Assembly: GCA_963706325.1 (NCBI GenBank)
Contig: CAVPLT010000007.1
Coordinates: forward strand, 858,942-922,941
DNA length: 64,000 nt
Source: an uncultured Nitrospiraceae bacterium
GTDB lineage: Bacteria; Nitrospirota; Nitrospiria; Nitrospirales; Nitrospiraceae
Reading direction: 5' to 3'
The notes under the pieces are model-generated. The model made no database searches. It had not been told where the DNA came from and was given only the letters and a program-made list of their open reading frames with translations. The number at the start of each line of letters is the position of its first letter. Position 1 is the first letter of the stretch. Of this stretch, positions 30,658 through 40,860 are shown in pieces. The translations under genes and the position numbers were made by a program.

Positions 30658-30680
30658 CGCCTCGCGCCCTCCAGCAAACC

Positions 30681-30705
30681 AATGTCGGTGCAGTCAATGC
30701 GTTCC
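30681..30705 (-). promoter_or_regulatory. EcfG-like promoter GGAAC-N16-CATT
   Basis: Directly upstream of the Cys-rich gene. Confidence 0.5.
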
Positions 30706-30865
30706 GGGTCTTGCTACCGACCTAGCGCGGTTAACTTTTGTTGTAGCGAAAGACGGCTATCGGGTGCTGTGATTTCCGGGGTAGCTCTTTGTGGGTGAAG
30801 GGCTGGCCTCCAGGGGCCTCAGCTTCCACGTCCCGGAGCTGGGGCTCTTGGTGCTGGGCGTGTGC

Positions 30866-31087
30866 TCAATTTACGCCGCGCGTTCCCTGTCTGACCGTTC
30901 CTCGACGGGTTTCATCCAGCGCCTTTTCATAGTTGTCCGCGAACCTCTCAATGCTGTGGGCCCACATCCCCAGCATTGAGACCTGAAAGAGCATGAGCGG
31001 CTTCAAGGCATTCATGCTGCTTGCGGCCGCGCCGGTGATGCGCGGGTCGCGCGCGAAATGGTCTGCGTCAGCGGTCTTGTCTGCCAT
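30866..31087 (-). CDS. Small hypothetical protein
   Basis: RBS AAGGAG; helical ORF LKPLMLFQVSMLGMWAHSIERFADNYEK. Confidence 0.55.
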   Translation of the reverse strand: MADKTADADHFARDPRITGAAASSMNALKPLMLFQVSMLGMWAHSIERFADNYEKALDETRRGTVRQGTRGVN

Positions 31088-31406
31088 GCTGTTCGCTCCT
31101 TCGCACTGGTGTTATGGCCGAAACCTGAGTGTCGGGTTGTGCACTGCCGGATTTTAAGCATTGACCCAAAGCTTGATCTGCTGCGGCTCTCGCAGCTCGG
31201 TCGTCATGCAACTTGTCCAGGTTTCTCAAGTAAGCGACTGCAGCTATTTGCAAGAGAGCGAAATCGTATTCGCCGGTACCACGAAGATGGGTGACGTAGC
31301 GATGGAGGGCGGAACGCCTGTTATCGTCCTCGCTGACACTGCTGTGGCGCAGCAAGTAGTTCCGCCAAGCGAATGCACACGCGCCCTCTATGGCCGGAGA
31401 AGTCAT
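31068..31406 (-). CDS. Hypothetical protein
   Basis: RBS GGAGG; AIEGACAFAWRNYL...LQIAAVAYL. Confidence 0.6.
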   Translation of the reverse strand: MTSPAIEGACAFAWRNYLLRHSSVSEDDNRRSALHRYVTHLRGTGEYDFALLQIAAVAYLRNLDKLHDDRAARAAADQALGQCLKSGSAQPDTQVSAITPVRRSEQHGRQDR

Positions 31407-31664
31407 GGCACCTCCCGATTTTTTTAAGAAAGAATGACCAGCCGTTTCGTTCCGCGACTTTGTCAGGTGTAATGTTGTTCCGTCAGCTGCACTGCAAGGT
31501 GTTTGCGCGCGAGCAATGTGGTTGCTGCAGTCGGCGAGGTCAGCGCTGCTCCGAGCTAACTTTTACGAATGTTCCGCACTTGCCGAAATCGTCCTGCACC
31601 GAAGGTAGGCGCGAGGCGGATCTCTAAGCGAGTGACGACGTCCACAACGATGCGGGGCGCGGAC

Positions 31665-31868
31665 CTACTGTTCGGGCGCTTCTGCGGCAGGCAATTGTGC
31701 GCTGCCCTGCCACTCTGCATAACGCTCGCCTAACTTGTCGTACTCCTCAGCGACCCGCAGCAGTCGGCACATTTCTCGCGGGGCGGCATAGCGCAATTGC
31801 TTCGCTTTCGCGCGGGTCGCCTTTGCGCGGTCACGCCAGTACTTCGGCTGTTTGACTGGATCATGCAT
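31665..31868 (-). CDS. Small hypothetical protein
   Basis: YWRDRAKATRAKA...LLRVAEEYDKL, a motif typical of small rhizobial proteins. Confidence 0.55.
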   Translation of the reverse strand: MHDPVKQPKYWRDRAKATRAKAKQLRYAAPREMCRLLRVAEEYDKLGERYAEWQGSAQLPAAEAPEQ

Positions 31869-32119
31869 GCAGCCGGTAGAGCAAACGTCACACCCATCGT
31901 CCCAAACATTTGTGAAGAGAAGCTGGTCATGCCCACTCACGAATTATTTATAAGTAGAAGGAATTCGGTGTTTAGGAACATCCGCATTCGCGAAGCATAG
32001 TCGCGGCGGCTGCCGATCCTCCGTCGGACCGCCCCTTCCGCTGCCGGCCGTGACATTCTCCAAGCTCACGCGGCCGGCGCGGATTGATGTCGCGATCACA
32101 TTTTTGGAACAATTTTATT

Positions 32120-32325
32120 TGCGAGGCCCGCAACACGATTGATGTCGGCCAATCGGCGATCCGCGTTCGCTCGAACATCGAGACGGGCTAAGAGATCGCA
32201 GGCGCTGATGGGCGGGGTCGGCGACCCCGACCGGTAAGGGTTGGCCTTGCGGCCATAGGCGTCGGCATGGAGCGCGAAATTGCCGCCGCCGCAGGCCGGG
32301 CACAGGAACTGACGGCGCCAAGCCC
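32120..32325 (-). mobile_element. Degenerate IS66 transposase C-terminal remnant
   Basis: Frame-broken LGRRQFL..GGG and RIADWP/INRVAGL resemble IS66 LGRKNWLF / RIADHPINR. Confidence 0.45.
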
Positions 32326-32334
32326 GGCGACATA

Positions 32335-32548
32335 AGGTGAGCTGCTGACCGATCTGGAAGGGGCGCACCTAAGGGACGCTTCAGAAGCTAGGCAGATGGC
32401 ACTACGTTCTGCACCGGAGATTTTGGCGACGCTATTCGGGGCGGCAAGAAAAGGATACCTGAGGCGATCGTGATTGCGGACGAGCAGGGGCGCGAGATTG
32501 AGACCGTTCGCTTTGCCGTCGTTTTGCCAGGGCCGCTGAAGGAGTAAG
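32335..32548 (+). pseudogene. DUF6894-like small protein, 5'-truncated
   Basis: GELLTDLEGAHLRDASEARQMA...IVIADEQGREIETV. Confidence 0.5.
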
Positions 32549-32752
32549 GCCGCCTCAATTCGCGGATATCGGTCCCGCACCTCTTCAAGAGGGCAAGTAA
32601 ATCCGCCGAACTGTCGGGTATCCGACTCGCAGCGTATAATTAACTGGCTATTGCCTCTCTTTGCGCCCACCGTAGTCTATCACCGAATTCGCCCTCAGGT
32701 ATCGGTGACAGAGAGAGTTGAAGCTCCCGCCTGACTTTGTGCGGGAGCTGAT

Positions 32753-33463
32753 GTGACCGCTGAAAATCACCTTTTGAGTTTGCTCAACTCTTCGACGCTA
32801 TCCCTATTGAAACCTCACATGAGGACAATCACCTCCGAGCATGGTGAGATGCTTCACGGCTCCTCTTCGGACATCGAATTCGCCTACTTTCCGCAATCCA
32901 CCATCATCTCGGTCCTCGCACAGACCGAACAGGGCCACACCGCCGAGACTTCCATCGTCGGTCGGGAGGGAATGATCGGTTCGTCTTCTATCCACGGCAT
33001 TATGACTTCATTTGCCGAGTGCGTCGTTCAAGTCGGAGGCGAAACTGTGCGCGTCCCGGCGTCGGAAATCCACCGCGTCGGGAAAACCAGCGAAAATTTC
33101 CGAAAGATCATTGCGCTGTTCGATTTGTCCCTGCTCGCACAAGCGCAGCAATCGACTGCCTGCCAGGCGCTGCATCACGTTGAGAGTCGGGCAGCAAGAT
33201 GGCTTCTCCAGTGCAGTAAACGGTTGGGAAGCAATGACATCCGGCTGACGCAGGAATTTTTCGCACAGATGCTTGGCGTCCAGCGAACCACTGTCAATCT
33301 GGTCGAGCGCACCTTCCAAAGTGCCGGCCTTATTCAAATCGGCAGGGGCCGCATGTCCATTCTGGACATCGAAGGCCTCCATGCAGTCACCTGCGATTGT
33401 TACGATCGGATTGAGCGGCGCTATGATGAACTTCTCGGTCCCCTCCAGCCAAATTCTCTTTGA
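32753..33463 (+). CDS. Crp/Fnr-family transcriptional regulator
   Basis: ENHLL, VGREG, AQQSTACQALHHVESRAARWLL, LTQEFFAQMLGVQRTTV. Confidence 0.92.
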   Translation: MTAENHLLSLLNSSTLSLLKPHMRTITSEHGEMLHGSSSDIEFAYFPQSTIISVLAQTEQGHTAETSIVGREGMIGSSSIHGIMTSFAECVVQVGGETVRVPASEIHRVGKTSENFRKIIALFDLSLLAQAQQSTACQALHHVESRAARWLLQCSKRLGSNDIRLTQEFFAQMLGVQRTTVNLVERTFQSAGLIQIGRGRMSILDIEGLHAVTCDCYDRIERRYDELLGPLQPNSL

Positions 33464-33690
33464 TCTATTGGTCGGAAATGGCCACGCACAAATCACGACG
33501 TGCTCGTTGCCGTTGTCCGCGTACCAACGTCTGCTGTCTGGGCTAGAACGGACATGCCGCGTCGGCCGAGGTCCGACAATGGCATCACCGGGTAAGCCAG
33601 ATGAGGGAAAACGGGACTGAATTGTGCTAAGATTGACTTCAGACAATCGCACATTCAGGATGACGCAGGACCACAGGGATCGTTCGCCTT

Positions 33691-35745
33691 ATGCTTCACG
33701 AACTGAATGGCAAAGTTGACGCCTCGCTTCGACTGCAAGAAATCAGCACCTTGCTGATTCAGGAAGGCAACCTCGACGCGCTTTACGAGCGCGTCCTGGA
33801 CGCAGCCGTCTACCTGATGCGCGCCGACGTGGGGAGCATGCAGAAGTACGATCCCGAGCGGGATGAACTTCGACTGTTGGCCTCGCGAGGATTTCCCGCT
33901 GAAGCAATCGCATTCTGGGACCGGGTTAACCGCAATTCCGGGACCAGCTGTGGCATGGCTTTGTCGGTAGGACATCGGGTCGTTGTGCCAGACGTCGAAT
34001 GTGCAGACTTCATGGCAGGCTCGGCTGACCTCGAGGTCGCTCGTCAAGTGGGTCTTCGGGCTATGCACTCAACGCCGCTCATCTCGCGCTCCGGGCGGCT
34101 GCTGGGCATGATATCAACCCATTGGCAGAAGCCACATTCCCCAGCAGAGCACGAGCTTCGAGCGCTGGACGTGCTCGCTCGACAAGCTGCGGACCTCATC
34201 GAACGGGTCCAAGTCGAAACAACCCTCCGCGAAAGTGAACAACGCTTGCGTTGGATTGGCTCCGTCGTCGAGTCCAGTGATGACGCGATCATAAGCAAGA
34301 ACCTGGACGGCATCATCACCAGCTGGAACAGGGGTGCGGAGCGCCTCTTCAGCTACACCGCGGAAGAGGCGATTGGCCAACCCGTCACTATAATAATTCC
34401 ACAAGACCGGCTTGACGAAGAGCGCGAGATTCTGGCCCGTATCAGGCGAGGAGAGCGGATTGATCATTTTGAGACGGTTCGGCAACGCAAGCATGGCGGC
34501 CTTGTCAGTATTTCGTTGACCGTTTCTCCCGTGAAAAATGCTGAGGGAAGAATTGTTGGAGCATCAAAGGTTGCGAGAGATATTACCGAGCAGAAGCTCG
34601 CGTGGAAAACAGCAGAAATGGCCGATCGCGCCAAATCGAGCTTTCTGGCCGCCGCAAGCCATGACCTGCGACAGCCATTGCAGACCCTGAAACTCCTGCA
34701 AGCAGCGCTTGAGCTACATCATCCGAGCGGTGAGGCCCGCAATCTTGTCACTGAAATCGGACGATCACTGGACACCATGACCAGCATCCTATCGAGCCTG
34801 CTCGACGTGAACAGGCTGGAATCCGGAAACCTGCGTCCATTCGTAAGCGAGTTTTCGCTGAGCGAAATCTTCGAGTCACTCGCTGGAGACTTCGCCGCGC
34901 CTGTGCTGGAAAGAGGGCTCCAGCTGTGCATCGTCCGTTCCGAGCTCATCATCCGTAGTGACCGGCACATGCTCGCGCAGATGATCCGCAACCTCCTGTC
35001 GAATGCTGTCCGATACACCGACCGGGGACGAATCCTGCTAGGGTGTCGGCGAGCCGGCGACAACGTTCGCATTGAGGTCTGGGACAGTGGCGTTGGTATC
35101 ACCGAAGGCCAGTTGCCGCACATATTCCATGAGTACTATCAGGGGACCGACGGCGCGGAGCGGGGCGGCTTTGGGTTGGGCCTTGCGATCGTGAAGCGGC
35201 TGGGAGACATCCTGGATCACAGGGTCGAGGTACGCTCGATCCGTGGCAAGGGAACACGGTTTTTCATCGAGGTCCCGCGCGGTCGATCCAGTGTCAAGGG
35301 GCCGGAAACAGCGCCGCCGTTGCATCCTCACAATGATGCCTTCCGGGGCAGCGTTCTCGCGATCGAGGACGAGGCGTCCGTGCGCTTGGCGCTCGGGAGA
35401 TTGTTGAAGATGAGAGGGGTTGACGCCACCATTGTTGCAACGGCGACGGAAGCTTTGACACTAGTCAGCGAGCAGGGCCTGCGCCCGGATGTGCTACTGA
35501 GTGACTACAACCTTCGTGGCTCGCAGGATGGTGTGGAGACCATCAAGCACCTGCGTGCCGCTCTTGGCCGGAACGTACCGGCCGTCGTGATAACCGGCGA
35601 CATTAGATCGGAAACGGTGGACTCGATTTCCTCGCAAGGTGTCTCTGTCCTGATCAAGCCCTTCTCGGCCGATGAACTTCTGGAAGCCTTGAGAGGCGAG
35701 GAGAAGCGAGCAAGCAGCGCGCATTCCCCGCAGCCGGCGAGTTGA
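33691..35745 (+). CDS. GAF-PAS hybrid histidine kinase with receiver
   Basis: GAF (STPLISRSG..GMISTHW), PAS (SSDDAIISKNLDG), AASHDLRQPL, GFGLGL, receiver SDYNL. Confidence 0.92.
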   Translation: MLHELNGKVDASLRLQEISTLLIQEGNLDALYERVLDAAVYLMRADVGSMQKYDPERDELRLLASRGFPAEAIAFWDRVNRNSGTSCGMALSVGHRVVVPDVECADFMAGSADLEVARQVGLRAMHSTPLISRSGRLLGMISTHWQKPHSPAEHELRALDVLARQAADLIERVQVETTLRESEQRLRWIGSVVESSDDAIISKNLDGIITSWNRGAERLFSYTAEEAIGQPVTIIIPQDRLDEEREILARIRRGERIDHFETVRQRKHGGLVSISLTVSPVKNAEGRIVGASKVARDITEQKLAWKTAEMADRAKSSFLAAASHDLRQPLQTLKLLQAALELHHPSGEARNLVTEIGRSLDTMTSILSSLLDVNRLESGNLRPFVSEFSLSEIFESLAGDFAAPVLERGLQLCIVRSELIIRSDRHMLAQMIRNLLSNAVRYTDRGRILLGCRRAGDNVRIEVWDSGVGITEGQLPHIFHEYYQGTDGAERGGFGLGLAIVKRLGDILDHRVEVRSIRGKGTRFFIEVPRGRSSVKGPETAPPLHPHNDAFRGSVLAIEDEASVRLALGRLLKMRGVDATIVATATEALTLVSEQGLRPDVLLSDYNLRGSQDGVETIKHLRAALGRNVPAVVITGDIRSETVDSISSQGVSVLIKPFSADELLEALRGEEKRASSAHSPQPAS

Positions 35746-36002
35746 TGAGCTACGGCGAGGCCTTTCGACAGGCTGAGATCTACACCGGACGAATACTTTA
35801 GGTGAGAAACCCGCTGATCTGCCATCTCCAAGCCGGCCTGCGCAAACTCCATCGATTCGGCGCAAGGCACAATGATCAGTCTCCTTTCAACATTTCCAAC
35901 TAGCCAATTTGGGTTGATGCATTGCCTACCCAGAGCAATGTTTGTGCCGCCAGGAGTTTCCGCTCCAGGCAAGTCAGTTGCCACATTTTCCCACTTTTTT
36001 GT

Positions 36003-36027
36003 GGAACTCCGCTTGTAACAGGGCGTT
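36003..36027 (+). promoter_or_regulatory. EcfG promoter GGAAC-N16-CGTT
   Basis: Exact consensus 31 bp upstream of a small membrane ORF. Confidence 0.6.
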
Positions 36028-36058
36028 TGCTCAATTTAGGGACTGCGGAGTAGGCTAA

Positions 36059-36223
36059 ATGAATGAAGGTGCAGAACTAGCGACCGCTGGTTTGGTAGTG
36101 GTATTTGCCGCTGTTTTGCTGGTCGCTTCGCACTTTTTCATTGAATTCCAGTCTGCGAAGCAGCTCGCCAAGCCCTCACTCGATCTTAAAATTACAACTC
36201 ATGTCATCGCCAGCTGGCTATGA
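36059..36223 (+). CDS. 54-aa single-TM protein (below the ORF-track cutoff)
   Basis: GGAG RBS; MNEGAELATAGLVVVFAAVLLVASHFF... Confidence 0.55.
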   Translation: MNEGAELATAGLVVVFAAVLLVASHFFIEFQSAKQLAKPSLDLKITTHVIASWL

Positions 36224-36262
36224 CCCGGCTGCGGCTCAGGACAGCCAACGAGCCTTGTAACG

Positions 36263-36721
36263 GTGCAAACGGTGTTTAGTTGGTTCAAGCCCAATAGGCG
36301 GCGAGAGATCCGAGATGATCGCAAACACCTTGAAGCAAGAGCACGCCGCCTGTTGAAAAGTTATCTGACTGCGGATTCTTCCCGAAAACAGCGATACTAC
36401 GAGGTGATCGCTGGTGCGGCTGCAGCATGTCAGCCTGATTTTTCTGATCCAAACTTGGAAAATGCGCAACTTTCTCAAGCCACGGCGGAAGCTGCTCTCA
36501 AGGTCGTCAAACTGCGTGAGCACCAGAAAATCGCCGACAACGATCAAGTAGCTGCATTGATTACTGATGCGTATGCAACGGTAGCTGTCGCATATCGCCG
36601 TGCCTCCGCCGCCTATGCGACTGATGAGGAAATGCAGAAGCTAGGAACTGCGGCCGTACATCTCCTCACAATGGCAATGTCTTATATGGCAGCTCAAACA
36701 GACGAGGCTGCGCAAAAGTAA
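36263..36721 (+). CDS. Hypothetical protein
   Basis: 152-aa helical ORF. Confidence 0.6.
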   Translation: MQTVFSWFKPNRRREIRDDRKHLEARARRLLKSYLTADSSRKQRYYEVIAGAAAACQPDFSDPNLENAQLSQATAEAALKVVKLREHQKIADNDQVAALITDAYATVAVAYRRASAAYATDEEMQKLGTAAVHLLTMAMSYMAAQTDEAAQK

Positions 36722-37027
36722 CTCGCATTTAGTCAAGTCATCGCGCTCACAGAATCAAAACGCTGCGTATTGCTTACCGCCAACGTCCTGAAAACCATCC
36801 TGCCTAGCCAGCTTGCTAGACGGCCAATAGACGTGACAAGAAACGGGGAAGGCGATGTCCATTACCTTTCGAATCTTCATGATGCTGGCTTGCGCGTATG
36901 CAGGTTGGGAGACCGCAAACTTCCAGTTGGGACAACTGCCAGAGCCTCAGCAACAAACGCAAGCGGTAGTTCCTGACTCCAATAGGCTGGATTCTCAATG
37001 AAGAAACCAAAGCTTCAGTCGAACCGT

Positions 37028-37219
37028 CTAAGCCTTCATGACTTGAAGCTTGTCTATTTCTTCCCCGACATAAAGCTCTCCATCGTATTTGATAAAGTGG
37101 GATTGCTTCTGTGCGCTCCGCATAGAGCGCCAATGCGCCAGCACCCTTGGGAGAGTATCCGCTCGAATAAACCTCCCACCTGGGCTGGTATATAGTTCGG
37201 CCCGCTTCTCCTCAGTCAT
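37028..37219 (-). CDS. Small hypothetical protein
   Basis: 63-aa ORF with AAGGGG RBS. Confidence 0.4.
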   Translation of the reverse strand: MTEEKRAELYTSPGGRFIRADTLPRVLAHWRSMRSAQKQSHFIKYDGELYVGEEIDKLQVMKA

Positions 37220-37514
37220 CTACGCCCCCTTATTTCAATCTTCGCGTATGACCATGCACATCGGCCAAGCTTTACCTTTGTTTTTCAGCAGTGGCAGGCC
37301 TTTGTTGTCAATCAGGTTGAGGGGACTGAAGCTGCTTTCGATTCGAGTGTTGCAGGGTGATTACAGGTAGCCGAAGTAGTCGACTATGACGGCCCGGCAG
37401 GTAGGGCTCGTCGCCCTGTCGAGCCAGATTGAGCCAGACCAGTCCGGGCTGCTCTAAGCGCCTTTATTAGCCCTGATAAGCCCTCAACCTTCTCAAGGTT
37501 GAACCTCGGCACAG

Positions 37515-38280
37515 TTATTGGTTGAAGCCAACACGGAGATCTTGCTTGATGTCTCGCCCCGGGGAGCTTCGGGGGAGCTGCGGCCGAGAAAACTGTCCAA
37601 TCCGAGCATCGCGACGGATACGCAACTGCGTCAAGGAGGCCATCGCTGTTACGATCCAGGCCAATGACGAGATGGATAAGTAAGCGAATCGATCAGGTGA
37701 CAGCTCGGTGTAGCGCACCGTGTGCTGGATATTGCGGTGACCCAGGTACGCCTGTAGCGCTCGTGTATCGTGGCCCTTGTTGGCGAGGGCAAAGCCGCAG
37801 GCGTGCCGCAGCATGTGCGGGTGGGTCTTGAAGCCGAGCTTTGCCTCAACACCAGCACGCTCCACCATGCGAGCAAAGCCTGCCGTGGTGAAGGGCGAGC
37901 CCCGCTCAGACGTGACTACGAAAGGTGACTTGGGCTCTTGCTCCCGCTGCAACCGACGGAGGCCGCGTAGTTCGTCGCCCGGGATCGGGTGCGTGCTCGG
38001 GTTACCCTGCTTGACCCGGCGGACAGCCAGGGTTGCCCTATCGAAGTCGATCTGATCCCAACGAAGGTCCACCAGCTCGCTCACCCGCAGGCCGTGCCGG
38101 TAGGCCACGAGGATCATGGTCGCGTCGCGTCGGCCGTAACGATTGCCCTTGGCTGCATCGGCGAGCCGGTCCACCTCAGCCTCCGTCCGGTACTCGCGCG
38201 TCCGAATCTCGGCACTGGGACGCCGTGTCGGGGTAACTGTTCGTTTTTCGGTGGATGGCGCAACCAGCGTCAGGTGCGAT
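37515..38280 (-). CDS. FimB/FimE-like tyrosine recombinase (5' frameshift, atypical C-terminus)
   Basis: TREY..EAEV, RDATMIL.AYRHGLRVSEL, HPHMLRHACG, YLGHRNIQHTVRY: full R-H-R-H-Y set. Confidence 0.9.
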
Positions 38281-38477
38281 GCTGAAACTCTTTCGCCTGC
38301 TTCGCCGCGAACGTGATCGCAGCCGCCGATTGCTCGGTTTGGTTGTAAAAGGGATTATAGTCCCATAAAGCTCGGCCGCATTCATGCGGTCGCGGCCTCC
38401 ATCCCGCATTTTGAACGTCGTAATCCTCCACTACCACCCCGGCAAAGGACCCCCTTCGCCGGGGGCCGTAACCATCA

Positions 38478-38618
38478 CTACTCTGTCTTCGGTGCTTCAA
38501 CCGCAGCCGGTGCATCCGCCGGAGCCTCCACGGCCGGAGCCTCCGTAGGAACTGCCTCCACAGCCGGAGCTGCCTCTGGTGCCTTCACAACTTCCTCTAC
38601 CGTCGGTTCATCTGGCAT
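38478..38618 (-). CDS. 46-aa acidic Pro/Ala/Glu-repeat peptide
   Basis: GAGGAG RBS; MPDEPTVEEVVKAPEAAPAVEAVPTEAPAVEAPADAPAAVEAPKTE*; hairpin after the stop. Confidence 0.6.
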   Translation of the reverse strand: MPDEPTVEEVVKAPEAAPAVEAVPTEAPAVEAPADAPAAVEAPKTE

Positions 38619-39120
38619 TGCGATCACTCCTCGGGAGGTTGGGGAAAACCGGCGTGGGCACCTCCCATAAACCCCGCCGATATCAGCTGGCCATCAACAC
38701 AAATATCGTGGGCCGGGGCCCGGCCCGTCACACCCGACCCCCCGGCTCTGGCACCGGGCAGTTCCCTGCTTCAGAGTAGCTGAGCTGATACATCCAAGGT
38801 CTGTGCGCCAAAAAACGGCGTAACGACCCACTGAATGTTCCCATTACCGGCGTGGCGGAACGGGAAGTCAAGTACACATGAGAGCCATACGGAGAATATT
38901 TCACTACGGCGATACAACCGGCAATAAGGCGAGGCTCAGAAATGGTCCGTGGTGCGAACTTAGCTACCAGGTACACTAGGCGTTGAGGGTGCAAGTTCCG
39001 GTTCCAGGTGGAACCTAGAATTTTATGCTAAAACCGGCTCGGAACCGGCTTGACTGCCAGCCTACCGCGCGCGCAACCATCGCGAGAGTGCTGACGACCG
39101 CGCCCGACCGGAGCCCGACG

Positions 39121-39489
39121 ATGCCCCGCAGATCCTCCGCCGCTCTCCCGTTCTCGGAAGCCTCCACCAGCCGCGTCAAGCCGCCCGACGATCTGACCGG
39201 CGACGCGCGGACCGTGTTCGTGGATCTCGTGCTCAGCACGCGGCCGGATCATTTTCAGGAATCGGACGTCGCCACGCTGTGCGTCTGCGAGGCCGTGGTT
39301 CTGGCGAAGGCCGCCACCGCCGGGCTCAAGGCTGATGGCTATGTCAGCGCCGAACCGTCCGGCTGGTTGCCGATCCTACAGGCCGCCACGCGGACCGTCT
39401 CGACCTATGGACGGATGCTGCGTTTGAATCCGGCCGCCAGATCGATGACGCCGTCGCCATCGTCGGAGCCAGCTGATCAGCGCCTTTGA
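39121..39489 (+). pseudogene. Phage terminase small subunit-like (P27 type) remnant
   Basis: KPPDDLTGDARTVF...D.ATL....MLRLNPAAR pattern. Confidence 0.55.
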
Positions 39490-39515
39490 AAGGCTCGCCT
39501 TGGAGGCCCGACGCG

Positions 39516-39852
39516 ATGGACGAAATTAGCGCCGTTGATCGCGACGCATTGCAACGATCCTTGATCGCTTGTCGCGCCGAGAGCAGAGCCCGCTCGCGGC
39601 CAGATCGATGCCAAGTTGCGACATGAGCCGTGGGAACGGGTCGCCCAGTTCGCCAGCTATAGCGCGCAAATCGAAAGCCTTGGTCTGAGTCCGTACCAAG
39701 ATCCGCCCGTCTACGCGCGGCTCCGCAATCTGGCCAAGCCCTACGACGATCCGCGCGGCGAGCGCGAAAGCGCCGAGATCCTAAAAAAGTTATTGGCGCT
39801 TGGTCTCAGCCGGTACGAACCGCATCCGCTGCGCGCGATGACTCGCGGCTGA
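39516..39852 (+). pseudogene. Phage-associated hypothetical protein, frameshifted
   Basis: MDEISAVDRDALQRS.../QIDAKL.HEPWERVAQFASYSAQ..LGLSRYEPHP. Confidence 0.45.
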
Positions 39853-40147
39853 TGACCTTGCCTCGCGAGTCGTAGTTCGTCGTCGAGCCTTGGCTGTCGG
39901 TCGAGGACCGGCCGACGACATTGCCGGGCGAGTGGATGTGATGCAGATAGCTACCTAACGCAGCAGCTTGATGTGGGCTGCGGTGGGTCGTCTCATGGCT
40001 TCGCCTCGACTCCCTTGCTTTGCTATGTGGTACGCATCCACCACATCATGCGCCTGTTAACCTTAATAAAGGTTAAAACGCGAATTTAATTGCGCTTCAA
40101 ACGTTAAATTGTATGGCTTATGGAGTTCTAAATTGAATGGCTGATGG

Positions 40148-40333
40148 ATGTCCTCGTCATTTCACAACACAGACAAGCGCGCCCACCGAAAAGTCATGCT
40201 GGTAGGCATACTGATTTGCGCGGCGTTTGTGGCCATCAGCTTTTTTGCCAAAGAGCAGCCTGACAATAACTACGTTCTCATCAAAGCGGACAAACTGGTT
40301 CGTACCGCGGGCACGCCGTTGCCTGCTAAATGA
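40148..40333 (+). CDS. Small single-TM protein
   Basis: HRKVMLVGILICAAFVAISF. Confidence 0.55.
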   Translation: MSSSFHNTDKRAHRKVMLVGILICAAFVAISFFAKEQPDNNYVLIKADKLVRTAGTPLPAK

Positions 40334-40507
40334 ATTCTTTGGCGCACTGGGCGCGAATGGAACCGCTGTTATGACTCACTGGCACGATACGTTGATGGAC
40401 AGGCCGGGAGCGGATGGTGAGGTTTACGCGACGGGCTGGACGATCAGCGGCTTGGCTACTCTGGCGACGACCTTGGCCGTCTGGATATTTGTAATCTAAT
40501 GATGAAA

Positions 40508-40531
40508 GAAGCCGCCAACTGAGGCGGCCTT
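40508..40531. repeat. REP-like hairpin GAAGCCGCCAACTGAGGCGGCCTT
   Basis: GCCGCC/GGCGGC stem; resembles a common Bradyrhizobium intergenic repeat. Confidence 0.55.
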
Positions 40532-40577
40532 ACGTCGGATTCCCGCCCGCCTTATCCCTGCGATGTCAATCGGAACA

Positions 40578-40710
40578 ATGGACACTGTACTCACCCACAC
40601 CATTAGCCTCCTCGGCGCAGCTGTTATCGTCGCGATTATCGCCCGGCGCATGCGTCTGCCATACACGGTGGGGCTCGTCCGGGCAGGTCTTGCCGTGGCG
40701 GGACTCGAAA
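40578..40710 (+). pseudogene. Na+/H+ antiporter (CPA1) N-terminal fragment
   Basis: LLGAAVIVAIIARRMRLPYTVGLV.AG, then similarity is lost. Confidence 0.65.
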
Positions 40711-40860
40711 CGCTGATCATAGCTCGCCCAAAGCCGAGTTCCGTCCCGTTGCATTCGGGCGACACCTCTTGGAAAAAGCGCTAACCAACACTTTGCGTCA
40801 TTGGCACGTCCATATTTGATCCGAAAATCAGCGTGGTACTCTGGTGGAGGCGACGGGATC

